DNA of 64,000 nt from Candidatus Peregrinibacteria bacterium Greene0416_19 (GTDB lineage Bacteria > Patescibacteriota > Gracilibacteria > Peribacterales > Peribacteraceae). Below are positions 40,101 to 48,643 of the stretch, in pieces. The notes under the pieces were generated by a model. The model saw only the letters and a program-made list of their open reading frames with translations. It made no database searches and was not told where the DNA came from. The position numbers and the translations under genes are program-made. Numbering within the stretch: the stretch's first letter is position 1; each line of letters opens with the position of its first letter. The DNA lies in NCBI GenBank assembly GCA_007375735.1, contig VMEW01000007.1, positions 1,494 through 65,493 on the forward strand, read 5' to 3'.

Positions 40101-40195
40101 AGCAGCCCCGCGGTCATGAGCGATACGGTGAGGAACCGGTGGCGGTGGGGGTATAGGTGTATCAGGGAAGTATAGCATTTTTTTGGCTTCTGCAT
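37160..40195 (-). CDS. Large secreted Cys-rich hypothetical protein (1011 aa; operon gene 1)
   Basis: Signal peptide ending SAHA; many Cys/Trp/Pro. Confidence 0.85.
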   Translation of the reverse strand: MQKPKKCYTSLIHLYPHRHRFLTVSLMTAGLLAGRSAHAAFQVPPLSNTQSVSQIPAIQNQIVRTLDAAQCGGWSTDPRESVQGKIPRAGGVPGRTSDPLGNPGSGMGKRQETDQYTPGKTGNGFFFPTWNHTTGMLTVCEEKKGNIDKRVYSDGDLPGTKNKKINIAHPYFEDPPCLWKDRQQKDTPPHNLGKCTNFCSWLNDSKWTYQDCRIAVPLSPPIPDLTGKVWYGKCVTWAKRWTCSDEWVDPLVPRVGSPGQKNCLIDAKGKELRCSAKSDDTCKKSAENNKPYRSFYRSYKNISASRSKINDAPRDALSDVRNGQAACYGFYDEFDPRSRKTETKDQRCVIDLPVQWQNLRNTQSGKGHYKPNPLPIDLFQAPRNPRFNAATDTWYPNLGSALSFLSIPGWKGNLSEALLNPDKAVVQAVPQNTQTAPRARQSILRSVDDSVSNARRELRPFTRWWQQFETDAHRLFTPPLVHLRLPVSWSYRLDALRPLETTLIDVPASGTALQQAIDVQLTAQDDLVGLLGHYLKQSLILPVREEPVPVVVPAGSPVEFRTAAALWKEWKSKRDAARLPVPAEVDSLIDTLEQYAKQIESYHGLRGEIAKYLSVLLMRQENLLRYLQSWIEQNGRAYDKHLKQFREREELQNIWRSAQKQFVEFSDITNMPWCRNDRFTTPIYSLLDPWYPPRPDLQDLSPACNPTGPDGQKRLPMLCPPAGEADLIWDLSVLKVSSGSLKVPVLKPIQIRMQIPLPGSVLDPASLPTLPPLPDVLLVQWDRLDRLLPNVVFGASPPVLPDPPAFNAAQARSALEHAKMMIAGMNDTYKKFWQSLDRQARDAPKCNGRALQPLECCGWQQASCVHVEMDLMERIERITARPAVLLKEDKETQGIGRTFIPPLTAPPGAQPPRKDATCLPDDHACITLQGERTGGRGGVRITIPQEPRQPSFDINNPDFDPVESMRAEERGYTLNPNGTIRGGTPYVTPPWTLYPVFGVPRPVDLFPPRKP

Positions 40196-40399
40196 GAGGT
40201 TTTTTTGGCATCTCCACCGGAGGAGAACTTGACATGATAGTTTACCGGTTACCGGTTACTTGTTACTGGTTATATCACACAATATTTATTACTTTTTGCA
40301 GCACCTTTGCGTTGTATCGTCGGAAATCGGGTGTACAAATGTACACGTTCCCTGCGCGCACCCATCGGGACATCCTCTACTTCCATTCCTCTTCCAGAT

Positions 40400-41272
40400 A
40401 TGTTCTCCTTCAATCGCGTGCACATCATCGGCTACCAGACACAACCAGTTTCCATCAGACAAACGCCCAGCGGCACCAGTGTCACCGATCTCAACTTGGT
40501 CGTGCCCTACCGCTTCCGGGCCGATACGGGCGAGATGCTCGATGGCAAGGGCTTTCACACGGTCACCCTGTGGGGGCCGATGGCGGATATAGCGGGACGC
40601 TTCATTAAACCCGGATCGCAGCTCTTCATTTCCGGCCGCCTCCAGACCGACAGCTGGGAGGATGAGAAGACCGGCGAGAAACGCTCGAAGACCAAGATCG
40701 TCGGGCTCGACATGATCATGCTCGACCCCAAGGACGGCCAGCTCCCCGCTCCGGCCAATGCCCCGTCGCTCACCACCCTCATCAACCGTGCCGATGTGAT
40801 CGGCAACGTCACCCGCGATCCGGAGATGCGCACCACCACCGGCGGCCAGCAAGTCCTCACGCTCGGGGTCGCCACGAACGAACGGTGGAAGGACAAAGCG
40901 TCCAACACCGACCGCGAACGTACCGAGTTCCACAATGTCGTCATCTGGGGAGCGCTCGCGGAGGAAGTCGCCCGTACCATCAAGAAGGGCAACCGCGTCT
41001 TCGTCAGCGGTCGCGTGCAGACGCGTAGCTGGGAGACGAAGGACGGTGCCAAGCGCTACACTACCGAAGTCGTCGCCGACACGGTGTCGTTCCTCGGCAC
41101 CAGGAATCCACTCGTTGATGGCAATATCCAAACGGAGGCGCGCGGTTCCTCCGATGCCAATCAGGACGCTGCATCTGCTCCGATGGCAGCGTCGCAGGAG
41201 CCGGTTCCTTCTGTCGACGTGCCGCAGATCGCGTACGCATCGGAGATCAAGGCTGAGGATTTGCCTTTCTGA
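40400..41272 (+). CDS. ssb: Single-stranded DNA-binding protein with two tandem OB folds
   Basis: FNRVHIIG…GRLQTDSW and INRADVIGNVTRDPE…GRVQTRSW; acidic tail EDLPF. Confidence 0.93.
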   Translation: MFSFNRVHIIGYQTQPVSIRQTPSGTSVTDLNLVVPYRFRADTGEMLDGKGFHTVTLWGPMADIAGRFIKPGSQLFISGRLQTDSWEDEKTGEKRSKTKIVGLDMIMLDPKDGQLPAPANAPSLTTLINRADVIGNVTRDPEMRTTTGGQQVLTLGVATNERWKDKASNTDRERTEFHNVVIWGALAEEVARTIKKGNRVFVSGRVQTRSWETKDGAKRYTTEVVADTVSFLGTRNPLVDGNIQTEARGSSDANQDAASAPMAASQEPVPSVDVPQIAYASEIKAEDLPF

Positions 41273-41360
41273 AGCGGAAAATCATATCTTCCGTCACCGT
41301 TTGCGATAGAAGCAATACATCTTCACTCTGAAAGAGGTAGAGTGAACAGTTGCCCCTCTG

Positions 41361-41582
41361 ATGCATATGACCCACCGATTCACCGGACCGTACGAGGATG
41401 CTTCGCAATTACTGCGTGATGTGCAGTGTGTGACAGATCAAGAACTCAGTAACCCTCGGATCCACGAGGGGCTGCGCGGCAGGATCGATCAGGTCACTGA
41501 TAGCGCGTACAGGATCTTGCTCCTCCGCACATGGGCGGCGCGGACGGGGAAGACAGACGCTTGCAATGGCGCTCTCCCTTAA
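41361..41582 (+). CDS. Small hypothetical protein
   Basis: 73-aa ORF filling the ssb-murB gap; no motif. Confidence 0.35.
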   Translation: MHMTHRFTGPYEDASQLLRDVQCVTDQELSNPRIHEGLRGRIDQVTDSAYRILLLRTWAARTGKTDACNGALP

Positions 41583-42559
41583 GCGGCAATCCGACCGTTC
41601 TCAGCGTAGAACCGCATCTCCACGCCGGTGATTTGCGGAACTTTCTCCTTGATCGTCTTCGTGATCGAAAGCGCATCTTGAAACGTCCCCTTATCCACGT
41701 TCAGCAGAAAATTCGCGTGCTTCTCGCTCACTTCAATGCCTCCGATTTTCAATCCACGCAATCCTGCCGCGTCGATAAGTTTCCACGCCGGCGTGCCGTC
41801 GGGGAGCGACTTGAAGCACGATCCCGCGGTCTTGATGTGCGGCTGGGTCTCGATTCTCCTTTTGATCAATCGTTCAATCTCTGCTTGCACGTCGGTTGCC
41901 GGCTTTGAAGGGACGGTCAGTGTCACCTGCCAGATCACCGGAGGAGTTTGTAGTTGGTAGTTTGTAGTTTGTAGTGATAGGTCTTTGAACCAACTTTCTC
42001 GATAACGGAAATGACATTCATCTTTCGTGAGTGTTTTCCATTCTCCGTCGATGTATACGGTAACGGTATCGATGAAGGAACTGATCCAGATACCGCCTGC
42101 GCCGGCCGTAGCCGCATTCGTCGCGTGGGTGTGCATGGATTCTGTTCCAATCGGAGAGGCTACGATGGGCGAAGGCCGGCTGGCGCCCTGGCCGGCGTTG
42201 CCGAAGACGGCGCCGCCGACGGTGCCGGGGATGCCGGTGAGGGGAGAGAGATCCAGATCCTTTGCTGCGAGATCGTTCAGGAGCGACGCGAGAATTTTTC
42301 CCGCGCCGACGGTCACCTTGTTCTCATCGATTGTGACAGCATCATGCTTCAGCCGAACGACGAATGCTTCGATGATACCGTCTGCGAAGATAGTGTTCGA
42401 TCCGCCGCCGAGGACGATGAGCGGAATGCGTTTTTCCTTCGCAAAACGCACCGCCTCCTCCACGTCCTCCCTCGTCATGAGTTCCGCGAAGTAGCGCGCC
42501 TGTCCGCCAATGCGCATGGTGGTCTTGGGACCGACGGGAACGTTTTCCTGGAGTTGCAT
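41579..42559 (-). CDS. murB: UDP-N-acetylmuramate dehydrogenase
   Basis: TTMRIGG, LGGGSN, GIPGTVGGAVFGNAG, FRYRES, AGSCFK, SEKHANF. Confidence 0.95.
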   Translation of the reverse strand: MQLQENVPVGPKTTMRIGGQARYFAELMTREDVEEAVRFAKEKRIPLIVLGGGSNTIFADGIIEAFVVRLKHDAVTIDENKVTVGAGKILASLLNDLAAKDLDLSPLTGIPGTVGGAVFGNAGQGASRPSPIVASPIGTESMHTHATNAATAGAGGIWISSFIDTVTVYIDGEWKTLTKDECHFRYRESWFKDLSLQTTNYQLQTPPVIWQVTLTVPSKPATDVQAEIERLIKRRIETQPHIKTAGSCFKSLPDGTPAWKLIDAAGLRGLKIGGIEVSEKHANFLLNVDKGTFQDALSITKTIKEKVPQITGVEMRFYAENGRIAA

Positions 42560-42563
42560 CGTC

Positions 42564-43259
42564 TCAGTGAATGACGAGGGATGAGAGGGCCTGCCTCACG
42601 AGCGGCAATTCAACGTCGCATGCGGATTGGAACACGTAGTTGTGCTTTGTACCGATAACCTCGAAGAACGTAGCTTCACAGAAACCGCCTTCGCCATACT
42701 CTACGACGGTATTGCCATTGATAGTGCGTACTTCTGGTCCTGTCCCCAACGTCGTGCCGAATTCTCTCTTTTCCTCCTCCCGGTTCCTGCGAACGGTATC
42801 CACAACCTGCTGCTTGGTACGCGCGTCCCGTATTTCCACAAAACCGAAGCGCGCCGCGCCGCCGCCCTCAAAGATATCTGCCGGTCCGAATTCTATTCCC
42901 CGTTGTGAACTGCTGTACGGCTCCAGTTGGCATGCGGTACTCCCCCAAGCGGGATTGTAGGGAACGGAGAATGACAGTTCCGGATGTTCGAATGCGACAG
43001 TCGTTGTTGGCTCTCCGCGCTGCCATTTTGCTTCGATGTTATAGAAATCTTCATTGGTGCATGCACGCCGCGACATAAGGATAGGAGCACTACTCGCACT
43101 GCTGTACGCGATCTGCGTTATTGCCGTGCTACTACTTGAACTCTGTACTGAGACCTGCAGGGGTTCCACCTGTATGTGTTGCACTTGCTCAGTCGGCTGG
43201 CACGCCGTGACTGCAACGATGGTGAATGCGGCTCCGGAGAGAATCGTCAGTGATCGCAT
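42564..43259 (-). CDS. Hypothetical lipoprotein
   Basis: MRSLTILSGAAFTIVAVTAC lipobox; start reassigned to 43259. Confidence 0.65.
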   Translation of the reverse strand: MRSLTILSGAAFTIVAVTACQPTEQVQHIQVEPLQVSVQSSSSSTAITQIAYSSASSAPILMSRRACTNEDFYNIEAKWQRGEPTTTVAFEHPELSFSVPYNPAWGSTACQLEPYSSSQRGIEFGPADIFEGGGAARFGFVEIRDARTKQQVVDTVRRNREEEKREFGTTLGTGPEVRTINGNTVVEYGEGGFCEATFFEVIGTKHNYVFQSACDVELPLVRQALSSLVIH

Positions 43260-43306
43260 AAGTATCAAGTGTCTATCGAATATCATATACCACATGCCGT
43301 ATCCGA

Positions 43307-44791
43307 TCAGGACAACGCACTCACAATCTCCCGCGCCCGTTTCAGGCGTGCCAGTGTTTTCTCCCTTTCCAGTGCTGCCGCCACCTCCACCGCCCCGGGA
43401 CTGTACGGAAGCCCCGTGAGCGCGGAGCGCAGCGGCCACAGAAGCTGGCCGAGTTTCCAGGTTCCTTTGGCAACTTCACCCTTTACGTCTGTGAGCAGCC
43501 GCTCAGGTGTCCAGTCTTTTTCCGGAATCACCTCCAGGATACCGAGGAGTGTTGTGAGAATTGTCGGCAGCTCCTCCGGTTTCACTTTCTGTTTCTCGTT
43601 CGCGAGCAGTTCCGTCGTGATGCCCGGCTCTTCATAGAAGTACCCCAGCATCGCCGATGCCTCGTGGAAGAACGTGATGCGCTCGTGGATGAGCGATGCT
43701 TTCTGTTCGAAGTCGGCGTCGTGCAGCGCGGTCGGGTATTCTTTCCCGACGATCGGGCGGATGCGCTCGGCGAAATCGGTGACGGGGATCTTCCGGATCC
43801 ACTGTCCCTGCAACCAATCGAGTTTCTCCAGATCGAACACGGCGCCGCTCTTCTGGACACGGTCAAGCGAGAACTGTTCAACCAGCTCCGGCAGTGAAAA
43901 AGTTTCCTGCGTGGTGCCGGGGTTCCAACCGAGCATCGCCAGGAAGTTCAGCAGCACCTCCGGCAAGTATCCTTTGGCAATGTATTCCTCCACCGATACG
44001 GCGTTCTGCCGCTTGCTCAGCTTGGTCCGGTCTTTGTTGAGGAGCAGCGGGACGTGCGCGAAGCGCGGAGCCTTCCAATCCAGGTATTCAAAGAGAAGCA
44101 GATGCTTGGGAAGGCTGCTCAGCCATTCCTCGCCGCGGAGGACCAGATCGATGTCCATGAAGTGATCGTCGATCACGTGGGCCAGGTGGTACGTCGGGAA
44201 CCCGTCGCTCTTGAGGAGCACCTGATCGTCGACGGTATGACCCTGAAACGTCATGGTGCCGCGGATGTCATCGTCGAACCGGATGGTCCGCTCGTGCGGC
44301 ACTTTCAGGCGGATGACATGGGAGGTACCCGCCTCGATGAGCCTCTTCACGTCGTTCTCCGGCAGATGAAGGCACTGACGGTCGTACATCGGCGCCTGCT
44401 TGCGCGCTTCCTGCTGCCTGCGCATTTCTTCCAGACGTTCAGTCGTGCAGAAGCAACGGTACGCGTGACCGCTTGCGAGCAGCTGTTCCGCATGTTCGCG
44501 ATAGATCCCCGTCGCTTGCCGACGTGACTGGATGTACGGGCCCTTCGAACCCCGCTCGATCACCAGACCATCCTCCATCATCACTCCCTCATCCGGACTG
44601 ATTCCCGCCCACGCGAGCGACCGGACGATGCTCTCGACGGCGCCCTCCACCGTCCGCTCCTGATCGGTATCCTCGATCCGCAGGAGGAACTGCCCGCCGG
44701 TCTGTTTCGCAAGCAGATATGAGTAAAGCGCGGTCCGGAGTCCTCCCACGTGGAGGAAGCCTGTTGGGGATGGGGCGAAGCGCGTCCGCAT
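43307..44791 (-). CDS. gltX: Glutamate--tRNA ligase
   Basis: RTRFAPSPTGFLHVGG, RIEDTD, KLSKR. Confidence 0.97.
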   Translation of the reverse strand: MRTRFAPSPTGFLHVGGLRTALYSYLLAKQTGGQFLLRIEDTDQERTVEGAVESIVRSLAWAGISPDEGVMMEDGLVIERGSKGPYIQSRRQATGIYREHAEQLLASGHAYRCFCTTERLEEMRRQQEARKQAPMYDRQCLHLPENDVKRLIEAGTSHVIRLKVPHERTIRFDDDIRGTMTFQGHTVDDQVLLKSDGFPTYHLAHVIDDHFMDIDLVLRGEEWLSSLPKHLLLFEYLDWKAPRFAHVPLLLNKDRTKLSKRQNAVSVEEYIAKGYLPEVLLNFLAMLGWNPGTTQETFSLPELVEQFSLDRVQKSGAVFDLEKLDWLQGQWIRKIPVTDFAERIRPIVGKEYPTALHDADFEQKASLIHERITFFHEASAMLGYFYEEPGITTELLANEKQKVKPEELPTILTTLLGILEVIPEKDWTPERLLTDVKGEVAKGTWKLGQLLWPLRSALTGLPYSPGAVEVAAALEREKTLARLKRAREIVSALS

Positions 44792-44810
44792 GTCCCGATC
44801 ATATCATGCA

Positions 44811-44898
44811 GCCGGGATTCGGTATCCCGGCAACTTGGAAAACATTGCAATGCAATGCGGGCTTGCGCCCGCGCCGGGATTACGAATCCCGGCTGCGG
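44811..44898. repeat. Pair of GCCGGGAT…ATCCCGGC palindromes (REP-like)
   Basis: 44811-44831 and 44873-44898; the second matches 19707-19730. Confidence 0.7.
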
Positions 44899-44920
44899 CG
44901 AATCGCTGATCCGGAACGGA

Positions 44921-45694
44921 TCAACTCTTCACTTCCACCGTGTACGTCACTGGCTCCGTCGGCTTGTCGCTGGCGTCGCGGGGCAGCTTGGAAATCGTAT
45001 CGATCACGTCCATACCTTTCGACACGTTGCCGAACACGGTGTGCTTCGCCTCCAGCCACGGCGTCTTCTCGGCCGTAATGATGAAGAACTGACTGCCGTT
45101 CGTATTGGGTCCGCGGTTTGCCATGACGATGGCGCCGCGCTTCATTGGGAGCGAGCGGAGTTGATCGTTGTAGCGGTACCCCAGCTTCTCGTAGTACTGC
45201 TTGATCGTCAGGTTCGCGATGTCGGCCGGCACCTCCTGGCCCTTGGCCAGATTCTTGATCACCTTTCCCTGCAGGCCGTAGCTGTTCGCATTCACTTCAT
45301 CCTCGAACGTATCACCGTAGACGCTCACGCCGCCGGTGCCGTTGCCGTTGGGATCGCCGCCCTGGACCATGAAGTTCTCGATGATGCGGTGGAACATCTG
45401 CCCGTTGTAGTAGCCGTTCGTGGCAAGTGTCACGAAGTTGGTGACGGTCTTGGGCGCGGCATCCGCGTTCAGCTCCAGCGTCACATCCCCTTTCGAGGTG
45501 CGCAGTAGGACGGTGTGGACACCGGAAAGAAGCTTGCCGTCCCATTTAAAATTGAGAGGGGCAGCAGGTGCCCCCGGTCCGCCGCCGGTCGTCTCCTGGC
45601 CGGTTGGCGGAGAAACGACTGTCGGTTTGGGTGAGAAGCGGCTGCAGCTCACGAGCAGAAAGGCAAGAGCGAAGAGGGGAATGATGAACTTCAT
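44921..45694 (-). CDS. Cyclophilin-type peptidyl-prolyl isomerase, lipoprotein
   Basis: LLVSC lipobox; FHRIIENFMVQGGDP, MANRGPNTNGSQFFI, HTVFG. Confidence 0.93.
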   Translation of the reverse strand: MKFIIPLFALAFLLVSCSRFSPKPTVVSPPTGQETTGGGPGAPAAPLNFKWDGKLLSGVHTVLLRTSKGDVTLELNADAAPKTVTNFVTLATNGYYNGQMFHRIIENFMVQGGDPNGNGTGGVSVYGDTFEDEVNANSYGLQGKVIKNLAKGQEVPADIANLTIKQYYEKLGYRYNDQLRSLPMKRGAIVMANRGPNTNGSQFFIITAEKTPWLEAKHTVFGNVSKGMDVIDTISKLPRDASDKPTEPVTYTVEVKS

Positions 45695-45785
45695 AGCGGA
45701 AGAAAGCCTACTCAGCAGGCAGCGTTGTAGCAAGGCATGAGAACACTTTGTGAGGGGTTTGCCTAGCACCGTTCGACAGGAGTTG

Positions 45786-46850
45786 TCACGTCACTCCCGG
45801 CTGAGGCGTCTGCCCATTCCCAACTGCAACGACAATAGTCGCAATATTTTTCGCCGCATCCGGTTGGAAGAATTCTCCGATGTGTTTCGAGAGGTCCGCT
45901 CGCTTTGTTTCATCGGCGATGAGAGCGTTGATCGTCGGCACAAGCGTCGTATCGAGCGATTCCTCTGCAAGCAGGACGCAGGCATTCTTCCGCGCCACCG
46001 CCTCCGCGTTCCACTGCTGGTGATCGTGCGCCACGCCGCGGATGGGAACCAGAACATTCGGGATGCCATTCGCGGCGAGCTCGCTGATGAAGCCAGCGCC
46101 GGCGCGGCTCACCGCGAGCGTCACAAGCGCGTACACATCGGGCAGTTCATTGTGGACGAATGGTCGTGCCCAGTATCCTTTGCGCTCGACACCAGTCTCC
46201 TTACCCGGGCCGGTCAGATGGACGATATCGCCTATCGCGAGAAGTTCATCCAGCCGGCGTGCGATCACCTCATTGATTGCCCGTGCCCCCTGGCTGCCGC
46301 CCAGGACAAGCAAGATCGGGCGATCACCCGTCAAGCCTGTCAACCTTAGCCCCTTCTCTCTTGACCCCTCTGTGATGTGCCGACGTATGGGATTGCCTGT
46401 GAAAACGGACAGAGGGGATCGGACAGAGGGAATGGGGAATCCCCTGCAGACGACATCTGCCCATCGCGCCACCAGCCGGTTCGCCCTCCCGCTCACCGCG
46501 TCGGATTCGTGCAGCACGATCGGGATGTGCATCCGGTGTGCGGCGTAGCACACGGGGGCACTCACGGCGCCGCCCTTGCTGAAGATGACATCGGGTTGGA
46601 AGCCGCTCAGGATGTCCTGCGCCTTCTTCATCGCGCGCAGGAATGTCACGGGCAGCGAGAGCGACAGGTGAACGACGGGGATCTGCGCGTAGGGGAGACC
46701 GGCTGCGCGGAGCATGTCCGCATCCGACTCTTTCTGCGAACAGACCGCGAGCGCTTGCGCCTGCGGTTCCATTCTCCTGAGCGCCTCCCATACGGCGACG
46801 AGCGGGTAGATGTGACCGCCGGAGCTGCCGCCGACGAGAAGGATTCTCAT
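45786..46850 (-). CDS. murG: MurG glycosyltransferase
   Basis: GGSSGGHIYP, KGG, HESD, GNPIR, GGSQGA, SRAGAG, HQQWNA. Confidence 0.95.
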   Translation of the reverse strand: MRILLVGGSSGGHIYPLVAVWEALRRMEPQAQALAVCSQKESDADMLRAAGLPYAQIPVVHLSLSLPVTFLRAMKKAQDILSGFQPDVIFSKGGAVSAPVCYAAHRMHIPIVLHESDAVSGRANRLVARWADVVCRGFPIPSVRSPLSVFTGNPIRRHITEGSREKGLRLTGLTGDRPILLVLGGSQGARAINEVIARRLDELLAIGDIVHLTGPGKETGVERKGYWARPFVHNELPDVYALVTLAVSRAGAGFISELAANGIPNVLVPIRGVAHDHQQWNAEAVARKNACVLLAEESLDTTLVPTINALIADETKRADLSKHIGEFFQPDAAKNIATIVVAVGNGQTPQPGVT

Positions 46851-46940
46851 GAGGACTCAGAGGATACAGAAGATTCAGACGACTCAGAAGAATAACGCTT
46901 CTGCATCCTCAAGCGCCTTCTGAGTCCTCAGTTTTCTCAG
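46851..46940. repeat. Inverted arrays of a 9-bp unit (GANWCAGAN) between ftsW and murG
   Basis: Forward array 46851-46893, degenerate inverted array 46900-46940. Confidence 0.65.
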
Positions 46941-48115
46941 GCATTCGATAAAAACCATTTCCCCACTCGCTTGGACGTGGAGCGCCGAGCGAGGCTCGCC
47001 TCCTCGGTCGAACGCATCGAAATATTCAAGAGGACGCCCACCCCGCACAGGACCGAGAGCAGCGACGATCCGCCGTAGCTGATGAACGGGAGCGTGAGAC
47101 CGGTGATCGGGAACAGTCCGACATTCACTGCGATGTTGACGATGGTCTGGACAGCGATCCAAGTGGTGATGCCCGTCGCCACCAGGAAACCGAAGCGGTC
47201 CGGCGCGTGTTGAGCCACGCGGTACCCGCGGAGCACCAGAATGACATACATGAGTAAGATGATGAGGAGGCGGATGAAGCCCAATTCTTCAGCCATCGCC
47301 GAAAAGATCATGTCCGATTGCACTTCCGGCAGGTACCCGAATTTCTGGATGGATTTGCCGTACCCCACACCGAAGAATCCACCGCTCCCAATGGCAATGA
47401 GCGCCTGTTTGATCTGGAACCCGATGTCTTCGGCGATCTTCGGATCATCCGGCCGCAGGAACGCAATGAAGCGTTTCTGGATGTATTCCTTCTGCAAAAT
47501 AATTGGCAGACCCACCAACGCTGCCGCCGTAGCGCCCATGAATAAATGGGTGATGCTGCCCCCGGCGATGAAGAACATGACGCCGCCGACGACGCACAGA
47601 ATAAGGAACGATCCCAGATCCGGCTCGATGGCGATCAAGAACGTGCTGACGATGAGCAGAATCGCGAAGGGCAGGAATCCTTCCTTCCATGTTCCAATCA
47701 GCTGCTCGCGCTTTTGCAGCCAGACGGACAGGTAGAAGATGAACGCGAGCTTGAAGAATTCGGAGGGTTGGATGGAGAAGGGGCCGACGCGGAGCCAGCT
47801 GCGGGAAGTGCCCCATCCTGCGTTAATCCCCGGCAGCAGTGCGGCAATGAGCAGGACGATGCAGGCGATGTACAAGAACCGCGCGTGCCGTTCCCAGAAA
47901 TGATACGGTATCACCGTCATCAGCATCATGCCGACGATTCCGACGATCACATGGATGAACGTGCGCCATAAGTAAAAGGAATTGCTCCCCTGACCGGTCA
48001 GGTGCTGCGTCAGCTGATAACTCTCGAACACGCTCACGCTGGCGATCATGGCCAAGCCGAAGAACGTGAGCACCACCGCGACGCCGAGGAGCAGCAGGTC
48101 CATCCGACGGAACAT
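46937..48115 (-). CDS. ftsW: SEDS peptidoglycan polymerase FtsW
   Basis: IQPSEFFK, EPDLG, YLPEVQSDMIF, AEELG, PITGLTLPFISYGGSS; adjacent to murG. Confidence 0.92.
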   Translation of the reverse strand: MFRRMDLLLLGVAVVLTFFGLAMIASVSVFESYQLTQHLTGQGSNSFYLWRTFIHVIVGIVGMMLMTVIPYHFWERHARFLYIACIVLLIAALLPGINAGWGTSRSWLRVGPFSIQPSEFFKLAFIFYLSVWLQKREQLIGTWKEGFLPFAILLIVSTFLIAIEPDLGSFLILCVVGGVMFFIAGGSITHLFMGATAAALVGLPIILQKEYIQKRFIAFLRPDDPKIAEDIGFQIKQALIAIGSGGFFGVGYGKSIQKFGYLPEVQSDMIFSAMAEELGFIRLLIILLMYVILVLRGYRVAQHAPDRFGFLVATGITTWIAVQTIVNIAVNVGLFPITGLTLPFISYGGSSLLSVLCGVGVLLNISMRSTEEASLARRSTSKRVGKWFLSNA

Positions 48116-48155
48116 GGAGTGAGTATAGAGAAGAATGTAGAATGAGAAGTAAAGA

Positions 48156-48593
48156 ATGATGTTCATGTTCGTCGCCGCCATCGTCAGCTTCGTTTCCAGC
48201 ATGGCTCTGGCGGTTGTTGTCGACCGCACTCTCGATCATCGCATCCCCGTGTTCGGCTCATTCGCCGGCTTCGAACGCGCATACAATTCCGGCATTGCCT
48301 TCAGCATCATGCTCCCGCACGGACTCCAGACCGTGCTCATCATCGCGGCATTGCTCCTGGTGATGTTCCTCGCAGTCCGTTCCGCTCGGACCACCGTGCA
48401 GCAAGCCGGCTTCGGGCTCATCATCGGCGGAGCACTCGGCAACATCGCCGACCGGCTCCCGGACGGGTTCGTGACTGATTACATGCAGGTGGGAACGTTC
48501 CCGGTGTTCAATCTGGCAGATAGTTGCATTACTGTTGGGGTAGGATTGTTGCTCATTGGCATGTTGTTGGATTGGCGTCAGAAGAGGAAATAA
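48156..48593 (+). CDS. lspA: Lipoprotein signal peptidase II
   Basis: NSGIAFS, GGALGNIADR, VTDY, FPVFNLADSCI. Confidence 0.92.
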   Translation: MMFMFVAAIVSFVSSMALAVVVDRTLDHRIPVFGSFAGFERAYNSGIAFSIMLPHGLQTVLIIAALLLVMFLAVRSARTTVQQAGFGLIIGGALGNIADRLPDGFVTDYMQVGTFPVFNLADSCITVGVGLLLIGMLLDWRQKRK

Positions 48594-48643
48594 CGAATGA
48601 ATCCGTGCCTGCACCATAAAATGCGGTACACTACCCCCCCCGT

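Noticed and set aside
34077..40156. Long plus-strand ORFs (573, 390, 462, 519 aa)
   Set aside because: Antisense to the coupled minus-strand operon; low-information R/G/A-rich translations
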